A DNA stretch of 64,000 nucleotides from Macrostomum lignano. Taxonomy: Eukaryota. The stretch spans positions 1 through 64,000 of the forward strand of contig NIVC01000090.1 in the NCBI GenBank assembly GCA_002269645.1. Direction: 5' to 3'. The notes under the pieces are model-generated. The model had not been told where the DNA came from. It saw nothing but the letters and a program-made list of their open reading frames with translations, and did not search any database. Both the position numbers and the translations under genes were made by a program. Shown here piece by piece: positions 1 through 11,929 of this stretch (position 1 is its first letter; every line of letters begins with the position of its first letter).

Positions 1-574
1 TAAATCATAAAACATTAGCGAGAAAAAAACAATAAATAATAATTGTTAATAAAGTCCATATGCGATTAGCCTGCAACCAATCAAATAAACACTTAATATA
101 AATGAGCTGCGCCACAAACAGTCTAATGTTAAATTTAAAACATTAATCTGTACGTGTTCGGTATCGCACGCAGATCAGTATCCTGCGGGGGTTTATAAGT
201 TAGTAGAGGCTTAAAAACAACCCAATGCGCCCTCTATACTCTTGGCTAGCTAAGAGACCGACCGCCGACCGATAGAGTGGAGAGAAATTCATCTAACAGG
301 CGTGCAACGTTAAGCCCTGTTAGTGTTGACACGTAGAAGCGGTGTGGCTTAGAAATTAATAACATGGATGTAGCCATGCATTCGCTGTATGTTAGTTGGT
401 TCGCAATCGTAATGTTTAAAATTTGTTTCTCGAAACACGCAAAAAGCTAGCTAGAACTTCTCTGCTTAACAAGCAAGCATGCGCAGAGAAGCTGCACTGT
501 ACAAGTGCTTTAAGCAGAATGAACTTCCTTCGGCTTTTGTGTTGCCATTGTTTCTAAATTAGCTGCGAACTGTA

Positions 575-1560
575 CTGGATTTTGGGAGATGAGGATTGGG
601 GCGATTCTGAATGACGATTGGGGCGATTGTTGATGAGGATTGGGGCGATTCTGAATGATGATAGGGGCGATTCTGGATGATGATAGGGGCGATTCTGGAT
701 GATGATAGGGGCGATTGTTGATGAGGATTGACCCGATTCTGGATGAGGATTGGGGCGATTCTGAATGAGGATTGGGGCGATTCTGGATGAGGATTGGGGC
801 GATTCTGAATGAGGATTGGGCGATTCTGAATGAGGATTGGGGCGATTCTGAATGAGGATTGGGGCGATTCTGAATGAGGATTGGGGCGATTCTGAATGAT
901 GAGGATTGGGGCTATTCTGGATGATGAGGATTGGCCCGATTCTGGATGAGGATTGATGCGATTCTGAATGAGGATTGGGGCGATTCTGGATGATGAGGAT
1001 TGGCCCGATTCTGGATGATGAGGATTGGCCCGATTCTGGATGAGGATTGGGGCGATTCTGGATGAGGATTGGGGCGATTCTGAATGAGGATTGGGGCGAT
1101 TCTGGATGATGAGGATTGGGGCGATTCTGGATGATAAGGATTGGCCCGATTCTGGATGATGAGGATTGGCCCGATTCTGGATGAGGATTGGGGCGATTCT
1201 GGATGATGAGGATTGGGCGATTCTGATGAGGATTGGGGCGATTCTGAATGAGGATTGGGGCGATTCTTGATGAGGATTGGGGAGATTTTGGATGATAAGG
1301 ATTGGGGCGATTCTGAATGATGAGGATTGGGGCGATTCTGGATGATGAGGATTGGCCCGATTCTGGATGATGAGGATTGGGGCGATTCTGGATGATGAGG
1401 ATTGGCCCGATTCTGGATGATGAGGATTGGGGCGATTCTGGATGATGAGGATAGGGGAGATTCTGGATGAGGATCGGGGCGATTCTGGATAATAAGGATT
1501 GGGGCGATTCTGGATGATGAGAATCGGGGTGATTCTGGATGATGAGGATTCTCGATGGGG
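575..1560. repeat. Minisatellite, 22/25-bp unit (GATGAGGATTGGGGCGATTCTG +/- GAT), downstream of the RhoGAP donor (probably intronic)
   Basis: Tandem units read directly. The 341-aa ORF 559-1584 is a translation of this array. Confidence 0.95.
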
Positions 1561-1625
1561 AGTGGGTCTTTTGGGGAGTTTCAATGATGGAACATCTACA
1601 TATGAATTATCCCGAGTTCACTTAC

Positions 1626-2179
1626 TGTCGCACAGTTGCTATCTGATCCTCGGCATCTGTCAGGCCATCAACAGACAACAGGACAGCTTCTCCATCGCTG
1701 CCAAACAGACCGTCAGGCAGAGCTAATAGAAATTTCTTAGCAACGTTAGCCAAAGTGAAATGGCTGACACCGCAACAGTCGCCTTCTAGATCGACGCAGA
1801 CACCCCGGGTCATGCAGTGTATGATGCGTTTTACATCACCAGGATTTCCTGGTCTGCGAAAAAGATCTGGCACGCTGGCAAAATCTCTGGCCAATCTGAC
1901 CAATAATTGACGCAGGGGTTCTGGCAGACATCTAATATTATTTGGATCGCTAGAATGTAAATTGGCGCCAAAAATCACTGGCTCAACTTGAATAGCCTGT
2001 TGCTGGTTGCTAATGTTGTTGATGATTGTTGAATTATAACTTGCATGATTGACGCCACTGTCTGTTTGTTGATCATCGGTTCGATTTACGCAGTTAAACA
2101 AAGATCTAATTAGAGACATTGCACCTTTAGCCTCAGCATCTGACGCTGCAGCCTGTTGCTCCTGTTGTCCCATTTCCAT
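1626..2179 (-). CDS. RhoGAP-domain protein, coding exon (partial gene; downstream exons not resolved)
   Basis: Translation LPEPLRQLLVRL...DLFRRPGN (arginine finger)...LANVAKKFLLALPDGLF is a RhoGAP core. Acceptor TTATTAG at 2187, ATG at 2179, donor CGACA|GTAAGT at 1625. Confidence 0.8.
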
Positions 2180-2722
2180 TGTTTGGCTAATAAAGCACAC
2201 AAAAATATTTCTAAATAAACGAGACAGAAATTATTAAAATTCAATCATTTCTAGAAGTCAAAGCACTTGGCTTTGCATGATCAAATTTAATTTGCAGAAA
2301 AGTGCAGAAAATAATGACATGTATGCTACAATTACATATTAGCATTTCAATGTAATTGTAATTAGATATATAGAAAATTTGTATGCATCATATTATGGCT
2401 ATTTGAGAAAATACTACCAAAATGGCAAAACAAGTGCCAATGAGTAGAAAACATGATAAATTATGCTTTCTTTCCTACCATATTAAATAGACAAAAAGGG
2501 AAAAACAAGAATTTATTTCTTAATTACTATGATCTTTTGGTTTTATCCCAGTATCAAGGCACTTACTTCTTTAGCATGATTGCTAGCAGTTTTATTACTA
2601 ATGCTTTGCTGCTATTGTCAAAGTATAAGCTAGCTCTACCAAATTGCTATTAGAGTTAAAAACAGTTATACAAAAAATCTAGTTATTTTTATTACTTTTC
2701 ATAAGTCAATTTTATGTAATAT

Positions 2723-2762
2723 ACTAGCTAGCAATCTAGTGCGGCCCCCCTTCGGGGTGCCC
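2723..2762 (-). mobile_element. Possible Helitron-type 3' terminus (GC hairpin followed by CTAG|T)
   Basis: Minus strand reads GGGCACCCC-GAA-GGGGGGCC hairpin, then GCACTAGATTGCTAGCTAG|T. No 5' end was identified. Confidence 0.3.
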
Positions 2763-2924
2763 AATAAGAAAGGAGCAAAAATAGTTCATGGAAAAAGCAA
2801 TTAAAAAAGCACATTTTCTTAAGAACCAATTCCTTCTTCACTTTTAAAAATCACTTTTGTGTAAAATTGACACAGACAAAGATGTTTGCTATGAATCACT
2901 TTTAGTATAGGTCCCTTAAATAGA

Positions 2925-4130
2925 AAATATTCCCAAGACAGCAAGCATCCCCCAAGATAGCAAGCACCCCCTCCAAAAGCAAGCAACCGCAGATAGCAAG
3001 CATCCCCTAATCAGTGGTCGTGGCGGGTCTCCTTCTAAATTTTCGCGCCACCCAAATTTTTTCGCGCCATAGGTATCTACATGTATATGCCAGCTAAGAA
3101 TACCCAACTTTGATTATAAGAATTTATGCTAACTGCGGTACAGATAAGTTTGCAACACAAATATTGTTTTGATTGTAAAATTAAACAGACAGTGTAACTG
3201 TGTAAGTCATAGTCAAAGTGCAATAATGAATTTTGTTTTGCTCCTACAATTTGAATTCAAACATATTGAACCAACTTCACATTAGGGAAACATTTCGTGT
3301 ATTTAATGACTGGTATGTAGTGATATTAAACAAAATGGTATTTGTACATAGGTATAAGTAGATATAAGTAGATATAAGTAGGTATAAGTAGATTATACAT
3401 AGGTACAAAATATCTTGCAGCTATTTGTACATAGCTGCAAGACAAGAAAAGTGACGACTAAAGTCGTCATTAAGTAAAAGTAAGTAAAAGTAACATGCAT
3501 ATTAAGGACTACTATGGCGAATGGCGAAAAAGGGGGATTTTTTCCCTAAATTTTCGCGCCATTAGCCATCCGAATTTTTCGCGCCAGCCTCGAAAAATTC
3601 GCGTATTCGCGCCATTTTCGCGTCGGCGCGAATTCGCGCCACCGCCACGACCACTGCCCCTAATGCTCATAGCAAGCATCACCCTAGATGGCAAGCATCT
3701 GCAAATAGCAAGCATCCCCCAGATAGCAAGCATCATCCCAGATAGCAAACATCTATAGACAGCAAGCATCCCCCAGATAGAAGCATCTATCCAGATTGCA
3801 AGCATCCTGCAGATAGCAAGCATCCCCCAGATAGAAGCATTCACCCAGATAGCAAGCATTCTGCAGATAGCAAGCATCCCCCAGATATTGTTGAAGCATC
3901 CATCCAGATAGCAAGCATCCTGCATATAGCAAGCACCCCCCAGATATTATAGAAGCATCCTGCAGATAGCAAGCACCTCCCAGATATTATAGAAGCATCC
4001 ACCCAGATAGCAAGCATCCCTAGACAGAAAGAATCCCATACATGTAGCCAGTACCCCCCTCCCAAATAGCAAGTACCCCCCCCTTGAGAGCAAGCATCCT
4101 CCAGATAGCAAGCATCCACAAGAAAGCAAG
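2925..4130. repeat. 18-bp minisatellite (AGATAGCAAGCATCCCCC), interrupted by a hAT MITE
   Basis: Degenerate tandem units on both sides of 3012-3656. The family recurs at 5920-6360. Confidence 0.9.
3012..3656. mobile_element. Non-autonomous hAT element (645-bp MITE)
   Basis: Perfect 15-bp TIRs CAGTGGTCGTGGCGG (3012-3026 / 3642-3656), exact 8-bp TSD CCCCTAAT (3004-3011, 3657-3664), and subterminal TTCGCGCC repeats. Confidence 0.92.
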
Positions 4131-4139
4131 TAGCTAGTG

Positions 4140-5265
4140 CAAATGTTACTTCTGCTAATGCAATAATTACTTTCTCAGGTTGTGCAACAATCCATGTCTT
4201 AGCGAGCGCAATAATCTCTTTTTTAGACAGTGCAATTATCAGCTTCTCAGCTAGTGCAATAATCTTTTACTCATCAAGACCAAAAATTGATGTCTCAGCT
4301 AGTGCAATAGCCTTTTCTAATCTAGTGCAGTAATCCTTGGTTTATCAAGTGCAATAATCCTTAGTTTATCAAAGCAGTAATCAAGTGCAATAGTCATTAG
4401 TTTATCAAGTGCAATATTCCTTGGCTTATCAAGTGCAATAATCCTTGGTTTATTAAGTGCAGTAATCCTTAGTTTATCAAGCACAGTAATCCTTAGCTTA
4501 TCAAGTGCAGTAATCCTTGGTTTATCAAGTGCAATAATCCTTGGTTTATGAAGTGCAATAATCCTTAGTTTATCAAACGCAGTAATCAAGTGCAATAGTC
4601 ATTAGTTTATCAAGTGCAATATTCCTTGGCTTATCAAGTGCAATAATCCTTGTTTATTAAGTGCAGTAATCCTTAGTTTATCAAGCACAGTAATCCTTAG
4701 CTTATCAAGTGCAGTAATCCTTGGTTTATCAAGTGCAATAATCCTTAGTTTATCAAACGCAGTAATCAAGTGCAATAGTCATTAGTTTATCAAGTGCAAT
4801 ATTCCTTGGCTTATCAAGTGCAATAATCCTTGGTTTATTAAGTGCAGTAATCCTTAGTTTATCAAGCACAGTAATCCTTAGCTTATCAAGTGCAGTAATC
4901 CTTGGTTTATCAAGTGCAATAATCCTTGGTTTATCAAGTGCAATAATCCTTAGTTTATCAAACGCAGTAATCAAGTGCAATAGTCATTAGTTTATCAAGT
5001 GCAATAATCCTTGGTTTATTAAGTGCAGTAATCCTTAGTTTATCAAGCACAGTAATCCTTAGCTTATCAAGTGCAGTAATCCTTGGTTTATTAAGTGCAG
5101 TAATCCTTAGTTTATCAAGCACAGTAATCCTTAGCTTATCAAGTGCAGTAATCCTTGGTTTATCAAGTGCAATAATCATTGGCTTATCAAGTGCAATAAT
5201 CATTGGCTTATCAAGTGCAATAATCATTGGCTTATCAAGTGCAATAATCCTTGGTTTAGCAAGCA
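4140..5265. repeat. 24-bp minisatellite (AGTGCAATAATCCTTGGTTTATCA) with higher-order blocks
   Basis: Tandem units read directly. The IIALDKPR ORFs are artefacts of this array. Confidence 0.95.
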
Positions 5266-5344
5266 CCATAATCCAGGTCTTTTTAATTAGTCCTTTAATG
5301 AAAGCTTTCAATAAAAAAATCATGCTACTTTTATTTTTTAATAT

Positions 5345-5880
5345 ACTACTAAGATTTGAAACCAGGTCACTACATTAGCAGTCCAATGTGTTCACATCTA
5401 GGCTAGCTCTCATTGAATTTATAAATGAATTTGTAGGACTTATAATTCAACACTCATACCAAGTCAATTGAGTAAAAGTCACACAAAGCAGTTATGATAT
5501 AATCAATTTCTCAGGCAAGTCAGTTCCAGTCTCTATTAAAGTTAGCAATATAATCAAGTATTGTGCTATGCTTCCACACTGCATTTTCAATACTGTGACA
5601 CAATTCAATTCAGTGTCAAAATTCAGCCAATATACACAGACAATAAATAAATCTATTTCAGAATCAGAATTCAACCAGTCAGTTTTTTCTCTAGCATTCT
5701 TACAATGCATTTCAAGTTGAAAGAGCTGCTTGACCTTAGCAAAAAAGCATGTTTTTTTAATCCCTTTAGCATCAAGCAATTTCTTAGCCACAATGCATAT
5801 ACCATCACAGAAAAATTTCCTCTTGAACTGTGCAGGTTCAAACAAAATTGGTTTAGCCAATTTTTACTTTTACAAGTAAC
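5345..5880. repeat. Diverged ~550-bp segment, copy 1 (copy 2 at ~6708-7200)
   Basis: Colinear shared blocks, e.g. CCAGGTCACTACATTAG, CATTCTTACAATGCATTTCAAGTTGAAA and AAGCAATTTCTTAGCC. Confidence 0.85.
5350..5408 (-). pseudogene. tRNA-Ser(GCT)-like relic; second copy at 6712-6772
   Basis: Minus strand has an A-box-like TAGCCTAGATG, an anticodon-arm-like TGGACTGCTAAT and a B-box-like GGTTTCAAATC. No intact cloverleaf. Confidence 0.35.
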
Positions 5881-5919
5881 AAATAGACAAAAAAACAGTA
5901 GACATTTCCTCTAAAAAGA

Positions 5920-6360
5920 AAACATCCCAAGATAGCAAGCATCCCCAGACAGCATGCAAGCATCTCCCAGATAGCAAGCATCCCCCAGATAGCAAGCATC
6001 CCCCAGATAGCAAGCTCTTCCCAAATACAATAGCAAGCACCTCCAAATACAATAGCAAGAAGCATCTTCCAGATAGCAAGCATCACCCACATAGCAACCC
6101 CTCCCCCCAAGATAGCAAGTACCCCCCCCCCTGAGAGCAAGCCTTTTGTCTCCCTAATATCAAGCATCCCCCAGATAGCAAGAATCCCCCCACATAGCAA
6201 GCATCCCTGTATACAAAGAATCCTTATGGATAGCTATAGCAATGCCCTCTCAGATAGAAAGCACCCTCCACTCCAAGAGCAAGCATCCTCCAATATTAAG
6301 TTACCCCAGATAGCAGTAATCTATCCTTAAATAGCAAGCATCCACCAAGACAACAAGTAG
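5920..6360. repeat. Second block of the 18-bp AGATAGCAAGCATCCCCC minisatellite
   Basis: Same unit as 2925-4130, with the same entry (GAAAA.ATCCCAAGA) and exit (CAAGTAGCTA) sequences. Confidence 0.9.
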
Positions 6361-6399
6361 CTATCAAAAGACCAATATCTTTTGCTTTGTAGTGGCTCC

Positions 6400-6665
6400 T
6401 TTATTTTTGGCATGAAGCTGCTTTTTACGAGTACATTTGAAATGGTGTCTCTTTTATGTTTGAAATGGTGACTATTTTATGTTTGACATGGTGGCTCTTT
6501 TATGTTTGACATGAAGTCACATATATGTTTGGCATAGAGTCACATATGTTTTACATGGTGGCTCTTTATTGTTTGACATGGCTCTTTAATATTCAACATT
6601 GTGGCTCTTTAATCTTCGACATGGTGGCTCTTTTATGTTTGGCACAGTGGCTCTTTAATGTTTAG
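6400..6665. repeat. 23-bp minisatellite (TGTTTGACATGGTGGCTCTTTTA)
   Basis: GTTTGAC recurs at 23-nt spacing (e.g. 6481, 6504). Confidence 0.85.
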
Positions 6666-6707
6666 CATTTTGTGTTTTAAGGTGTTTCAATAAAAATATT
6701 ATTTTGC

Positions 6708-7200
6708 ACTATTAAGATTCAAACCCAGGTCACTACATTAGTAGTTCAGTCTGTTCGCATCTAGGCTATCTCTTTTCAATTGGGGAACTTGAATTGTGGC
6801 CCTTATAATTCAATACTTACAGCAAGTTGGTTAGAATAAAAAGTTAATATAACATAATCAATTTCTTAGTCAGCCAGTATCAGTCTCAATTTAAGTTAGC
6901 AATATGGTTACACAATTTCAATCAAGTCTTGTGCACATTTCTTCAACACTGTTTTCAACTTGTTGTGATGTAATCTGTCAGAATCAAAATTCAATTCAGT
7001 CAGTCAGTTTTTTCTAGCATTCTTACAATGCATTTCAAGTTGAAAATTTTGCTTGACCTTTGCAAAAAAGCAAGTTTTTTCGAATATTTAATCCCTATAA
7101 CATTAAGCAATTTCTTAGCCAAGATGCATATACCATCCTTGGAAAATTTCTGATTGAATGGTGCAAGTTTGAAGAAAATCAGTTGAGCCATTTTTTCTCT
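6708..7200. repeat. Diverged ~500-bp segment, copy 2
   Basis: Aligns by eye with 5345-5880. Confidence 0.85.
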
Positions 7201-7900
7201 AATCAATTGCATACCCATATACATACATACAAACAACTCATTTTTAGGATATAAGAAAGGAAATAACTAACTTGATAACTCCTTTCAAAAGATTTTTAAA
7301 GGTCTAAGAATGTGAATGCGAGTTTGTAGATAAAAACAAAATAACTGATTTATTTAGGAAGAAATTTGCTCATATATATAGGGTCCTGAAGGGGTGCATT
7401 TATAACAAAAAATAATTATCACCAATATTTTGTGTAGTAAAACAAAAATAAAATTGTTTCTAATTTTTGCACAAGCTTAACATGGCTAGGCCTACTATTT
7501 AACTATTTTTTAGTGTAAATTATAGCAAGAACTATATAAAACTACAATCAATATTATTAGGCAGACAGAAATAGGCAAATATAGACTAAACAATATGAGT
7601 ACAGGCTAGTACAATTATCAATTACAATTATCAACTATTATTAATAAAACTGAAAACAAAACTAGGCCGAGTATAGTGAATGGGTATAAACCTAGGCCTA
7701 TAAATGAAAAGCTATAAAAACAATGGTTGTAAGTGCAGATAAGAAACTAGCCATGGTTTTGATAGTATAGAAAAATGTTTAAGTTCTGTGACTATTTGAG
7801 TTATAAATCTATTGCATTTGCCCTATGCCTATCTATGTTAGCCTATGCCTATGCCCCTACTTATGAAATTATTTATTAATTATATAACATACTAAACTAT

Positions 7901-8237
7901 TAGGCATGTAGCCAGGATTCACATTAGGGGGCTTCCAGACAGTCTGGCAACAAGACGATCTAGTGACAGACAGTTCGCTGGATTGACTGTCACTGGATTG
8001 TCTGTTACCAGATTGACTAGGCTATTGCTAGATCGTCTGTTACCAGATTGTCTTGTCGCCAAATTGACTGGATACCACAACTGGATAGGCCTACCACATT
8101 AGGGGGGAGGAGAGAAGACAATTTATCTCTAATAGAAGTGATGGAAGCAAAATATAAAGGCATTTAAAAAATTTCCCCTTCTAGCCAGGGGGGACATATC
8201 CCCAGTGTCCCCCCCTTGGCTAATGGCTACACCCCTG
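7901..8237. mobile_element. Old TIR MITE, probably hAT-like (CAGGGGTGTAGCCA-type ends)
   Basis: Left TAGGCATGTAGCCA vs right reverse complement CAGGGGTGTAGCCA (11/14). Putative 8-bp TSD matches only 5/8. G/C-run subterminal regions. Confidence 0.5.
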
Positions 8238-9989
8238 CAAAGTACAAACTATAAATTCTATAATCATGGTATACTTTAGTTTAGAAGTTATATAGGCCAT
8301 TACTATAATTTAACCCAAAAGCCATGCAAATAAATTGGTAGGCCTGTTAAAAAAGCATTGGGTGGATGTAAAGCCTTTTTTAAGTTTTTTAGGCCTAGCC
8401 CTAGGCCTATCAAAATTTTCCAATCAGTGCTAATTAATTTTCTCATTATCAACTTAACTTAGGCCTAAGAACATACATTTCTAATGAAAACTGGTCTGGT
8501 CTAGTTTTTACAGTTCAGGTAACTTTGTCAAGTGATATATTGCCATATTAAATACTGCAGCAGCATAACTAGATTTGACTCGAAAAATGGTTTTTATCAT
8601 TAAAAGGTGCATATTTGGTGTTCAGAATGCTGTCTGAACGTCCGAATAACTACAGTACAGCCGTCACAGTGTGATTATTGTAGGACCTGCTGACAAAGTC
8701 AAACAACAGCAGCACACCCGTACACTACACTGACAAAAATCATGATAAACATTATAAAGACAAGACCTGGATTCCTTAATTTTCTTAATTTTTGCTTGAA
8801 ATGAACGTTGAAAAATACTAGACTCAACACGTGATCGAACGCTCAAAGGTGCAAGAATTTGTAAAATTATATTAAACAGCGTACATAAATCCTTAGAAAA
8901 ATCTACTTCAGACTTTGGATGCGGTATTCAAAAGTATATTTGTTATACTTTTTGAAGAAATAAATGTTTCCGTTCGGAACTAGAAAGATTTCGAATACTT
9001 TTGATTGATGAAATATTCGATTTTCGAAAAGTCACAAGTGATAAAGCTCTCCGTTACAAATTGGAATGTTTAATGCTTAAATAACTGCAAATATAAAGCA
9101 TATTTCTATCATAAAAATAGTTCACTTTTTACGTTTTCTCACATCTTAGGTCGAGGCTGTTAGGTACATATTTTTGGATCGTATAATCATTTTTAATGAC
9201 TGTGGTTTTTTAATGACTTAGCTGTCTATAGTTAGCGTGTTGCTGCTAGGATCGGCTTTTATTAATTGGGTTCCTGATCATTATCAGACGTACAATTTAT
9301 TTTTTCACAGAAGGGTATCAGAAAGATTTTTTTAGCTCTTCAATAAGCTTTTATATTTGCCTGTACGACCTAAATGGTGTGTTTGGGCGCCATTATTTGG
9401 GCTGCATGCAGGGACTACTTAAACTAGTTTAAATAGTCGCTGGCTGCATGCGGAAACGACAAAAAGCAGGCCATCTCGATCGATCATGTACTGTACATGT
9501 ATATGTACGCTTTATACAGGTATGCCATATTTTCGTGATTTTGCCGCGCTGTTTAAAACTGCCGCAACATCACGCTGCATGGCTCTGCAGTCCTTTTGAT
9601 ACTGATTAATCTACTGAAACCTTCAATCGCATTCGCAATTCGGTCTAGCGTCCGCCAAAGCGGCGTCTTCGGCGCTACAACCGCGTGCTAGAGTCATCGA
9701 CACCGACTATAGCTTTGCCGTCATTCCCGTACAGCAATCCGACGCCCCGACGCCCGACGCCCCGACGCCCGACGCCCGACCGAGACGGGATTGCACTCAG
9801 CATCAATAGCAGCAGTGTGCTGCAGTTCGATCCGACGTGAAACAGGCAGTCTCGCACTGAGATGCATGCGACCAGCTGTTCTATCTGAATCGCCAGGGAG
9901 TTGCCTTTTGATGATTCCACTAGATCTAATTTCACTAGACCCGATGCCAGAAGGAGCATTGGCAATCTGGTCCATATGAAGGACGAAAT

Positions 9990-10900
9990 AGACTCATTCC
10001 TTTGCAACTAGCAGGCGACATTGAGGACGAACGCACTGGAAGGAGCTGCTGGAGTTCTTCACCACCCATCATGAACGCGCCGCTATCCCCGCTGCCAGAC
10101 AGTCTGACGCTGCCACCGGAGAAGTTGATGCCGGAGGAGGAGAGTTCCAGAGTGCAGCACGTGCCAGTTTGCCCAGCCGAAATTGTGAAGCTCTCGCAAC
10201 ACATTTGCCAGAGTGATGAGCCGATCGAGTGGTCTAATTGTTAAAAAGGTACACGTGGAACACAGCACAGAGGTACGATCAGCGTTTAAGAATCTCTATT
10301 CTTAAAGCATCTGCCTTTGGTCCTGCGCTGGGAAACTGTTCAAACGGATGCTGTTATCGCTGTTGCCAGTTAATTGCAGCCAGGGCTATCTGTAGCTGCT
10401 ATACCTGAGCAGTGTTGGAGTCTGTCTGATGGTCAATATATATACAGTTTGATACACGTGTACAGAAGACCTGCGTAGGGGACGACATCGAGGCGGAAAT
10501 TTTGTGCCGAGGCGCTGACGGACAGCTGCGACTACGGAACTTTCGTGATGTCAGCATGGTTGGCTACATAAGCGGTCTTGTTGACGACGTCCGCGAGGAT
10601 CTGCGATGGCGCTGCGGTCTTGCCTATATGCTGCCTTTTTCTAAACGTATGGTCCTGCAGTTTAAGGACTGAAAGGCGCCGTTGTTCCAGGCGGTCGTCG
10701 AGACCGTCCTGCCTTACAACGTCGAGATCTGGAAGATAACATACTCACTCGAACAGCAAGTTGACTCGTCGATCTGCTGCGAACAGCCTCAAGATGGTCG
10801 GAAGAGTATACCAATAAGACGTCACTGTACCATTGTCGGCGACTCCAGCTGCATGGCTGTGAAGGAGGCATGCAAGGACCATACTGTAGTAACAGGACCA
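9990..10900 (+). mobile_element. Degenerate RTE-clade LINE (reverse transcriptase relic)
   Basis: Frame-broken motifs AGKLFKRMLLS (10327-10360), a YLGGLV..DVREDL-like segment (~10565-10610) and FQAVVETVLPYNVEIW (10682-10730), typical of RTE-type RT. Many stops and deletions. Confidence 0.8.
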
Positions 10901-11612
10901 AAAACTCAAAGATCGTGTAATATTTTAGAGGCCTATTTCCTGGAAAAAATACACAGCGCCAGTGAAGATTACAATTCCTTTTAATTTAGCAAGCATGAAA
11001 GCACAGCATACTATCATGTTACATTTTGTACTGCTGTGTAGTAAAAGTTTCGTTTTCATATTATTTTCTAGTTCTTAGTTTATAAACCCAAAGTTGTAAA
11101 TTACTCTCAACAGACATTACCCTTGTTTTTTCTTCTTAAATCAAGTAAGCAGCTCATATTTGAATTAAATGTGTCATATGCAGGTACACTTAAGCGATTA
11201 TATTTTACGTATAATTCCATTTCAATGCATAGAAGTTCCTATACGAGCGTACATCATGTACATACACAGCAATTGTATTCATGGTGTGTTGCATTGCATA
11301 GGTGTCGGAAAGATTATCGGAAAAATTGAACATTTTCGGAAGGGCAGAGGTCAGTAATTGCAACCATTGTTGACCATTCAATGCTGTTTTGCAATTATGT
11401 TTATTTGCTATTCAAAGAGATTTTCAAAAAATTTCGACAGCTTATTCAGTTGCCTGATAAAGTCATATGAAACCCGATTGTCAAATGAGAATCACCAGTA
11501 CTTATATATGGTTCTTGCGCCGTTGGTATATTTTTATTAGTTCAGAATAATTATAGCCTCAACACAGATAGTTTGCTCCAGTTCAAGTCGTCTGTCTATC
11601 AGTGCTGCTTGG

Positions 11613-11929
11613 TCACTTGTCGTTGGAGCAGCCGTACCAGTTGCAGAACGGTCGCTTGGCGATGACACGTTTCATCAGTTCCGTGGCCCGCTCCTCCGCG
11701 TCGAAGTCACCTTCCGGCATGTCGCCCGGCTCAATCTAAATCGCGAGATTAAAACACTTGAAACAAATAATTCATATCAATACTAATTCATGCAACAAAG
11801 TGAGATGCTCACCCTCATTCGCATAGGAGCCGCTTTGAGTCGACTGGCCTGGACAGACTGGGTTAGCTGGGTGACGCACAGCGTGGCCAGCAGCACACAG
11901 AGCGCGACTTTGCCAGACAATTGAAGCAT
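11613..11929 (-). CDS. CCAP-like neuropeptide precursor, 79 aa (exons 11929-11813, 11735-11613)
   Basis: MLQLSGKVALCVLLATLCVTQLTQSVQA (signal peptide)...TELMKRVIAKR-PFCNWYGCSNDK*. The 77-nt phase-0 intron runs AGG|GTGAGC...TTTAG|ATT. Dibasic cleavage sites and a PFCNxxGC cyclic motif are present. Confidence 0.85.

Noticed and set aside
186-540. Next RhoGAP exon or a small-GTPase G5-like segment (YVSTLTGLNVARLL) on the minus strand
   Set aside because: No acceptor matching the phase-2 donor at 1625 gives a continuous RhoGAP-like frame. The motif resemblance is short and may be chance.
559-1584. 341-aa ORF, and similar long ORFs at 13908-14702, 30158-30895, 31192-32158, 45826-46950, 48462-49144 and 50876-52178
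   Set aside because: They are translations of tandem repeats with periodic peptides open in several frames and strands. They lie in introns or intergenic DNA and show no domain evidence.
5350-5408. Functional tRNA-Ser gene
   Set aside because: Acceptor and D stems cannot be formed and the second copy has a mutated anticodon arm. Kept only as a relic.
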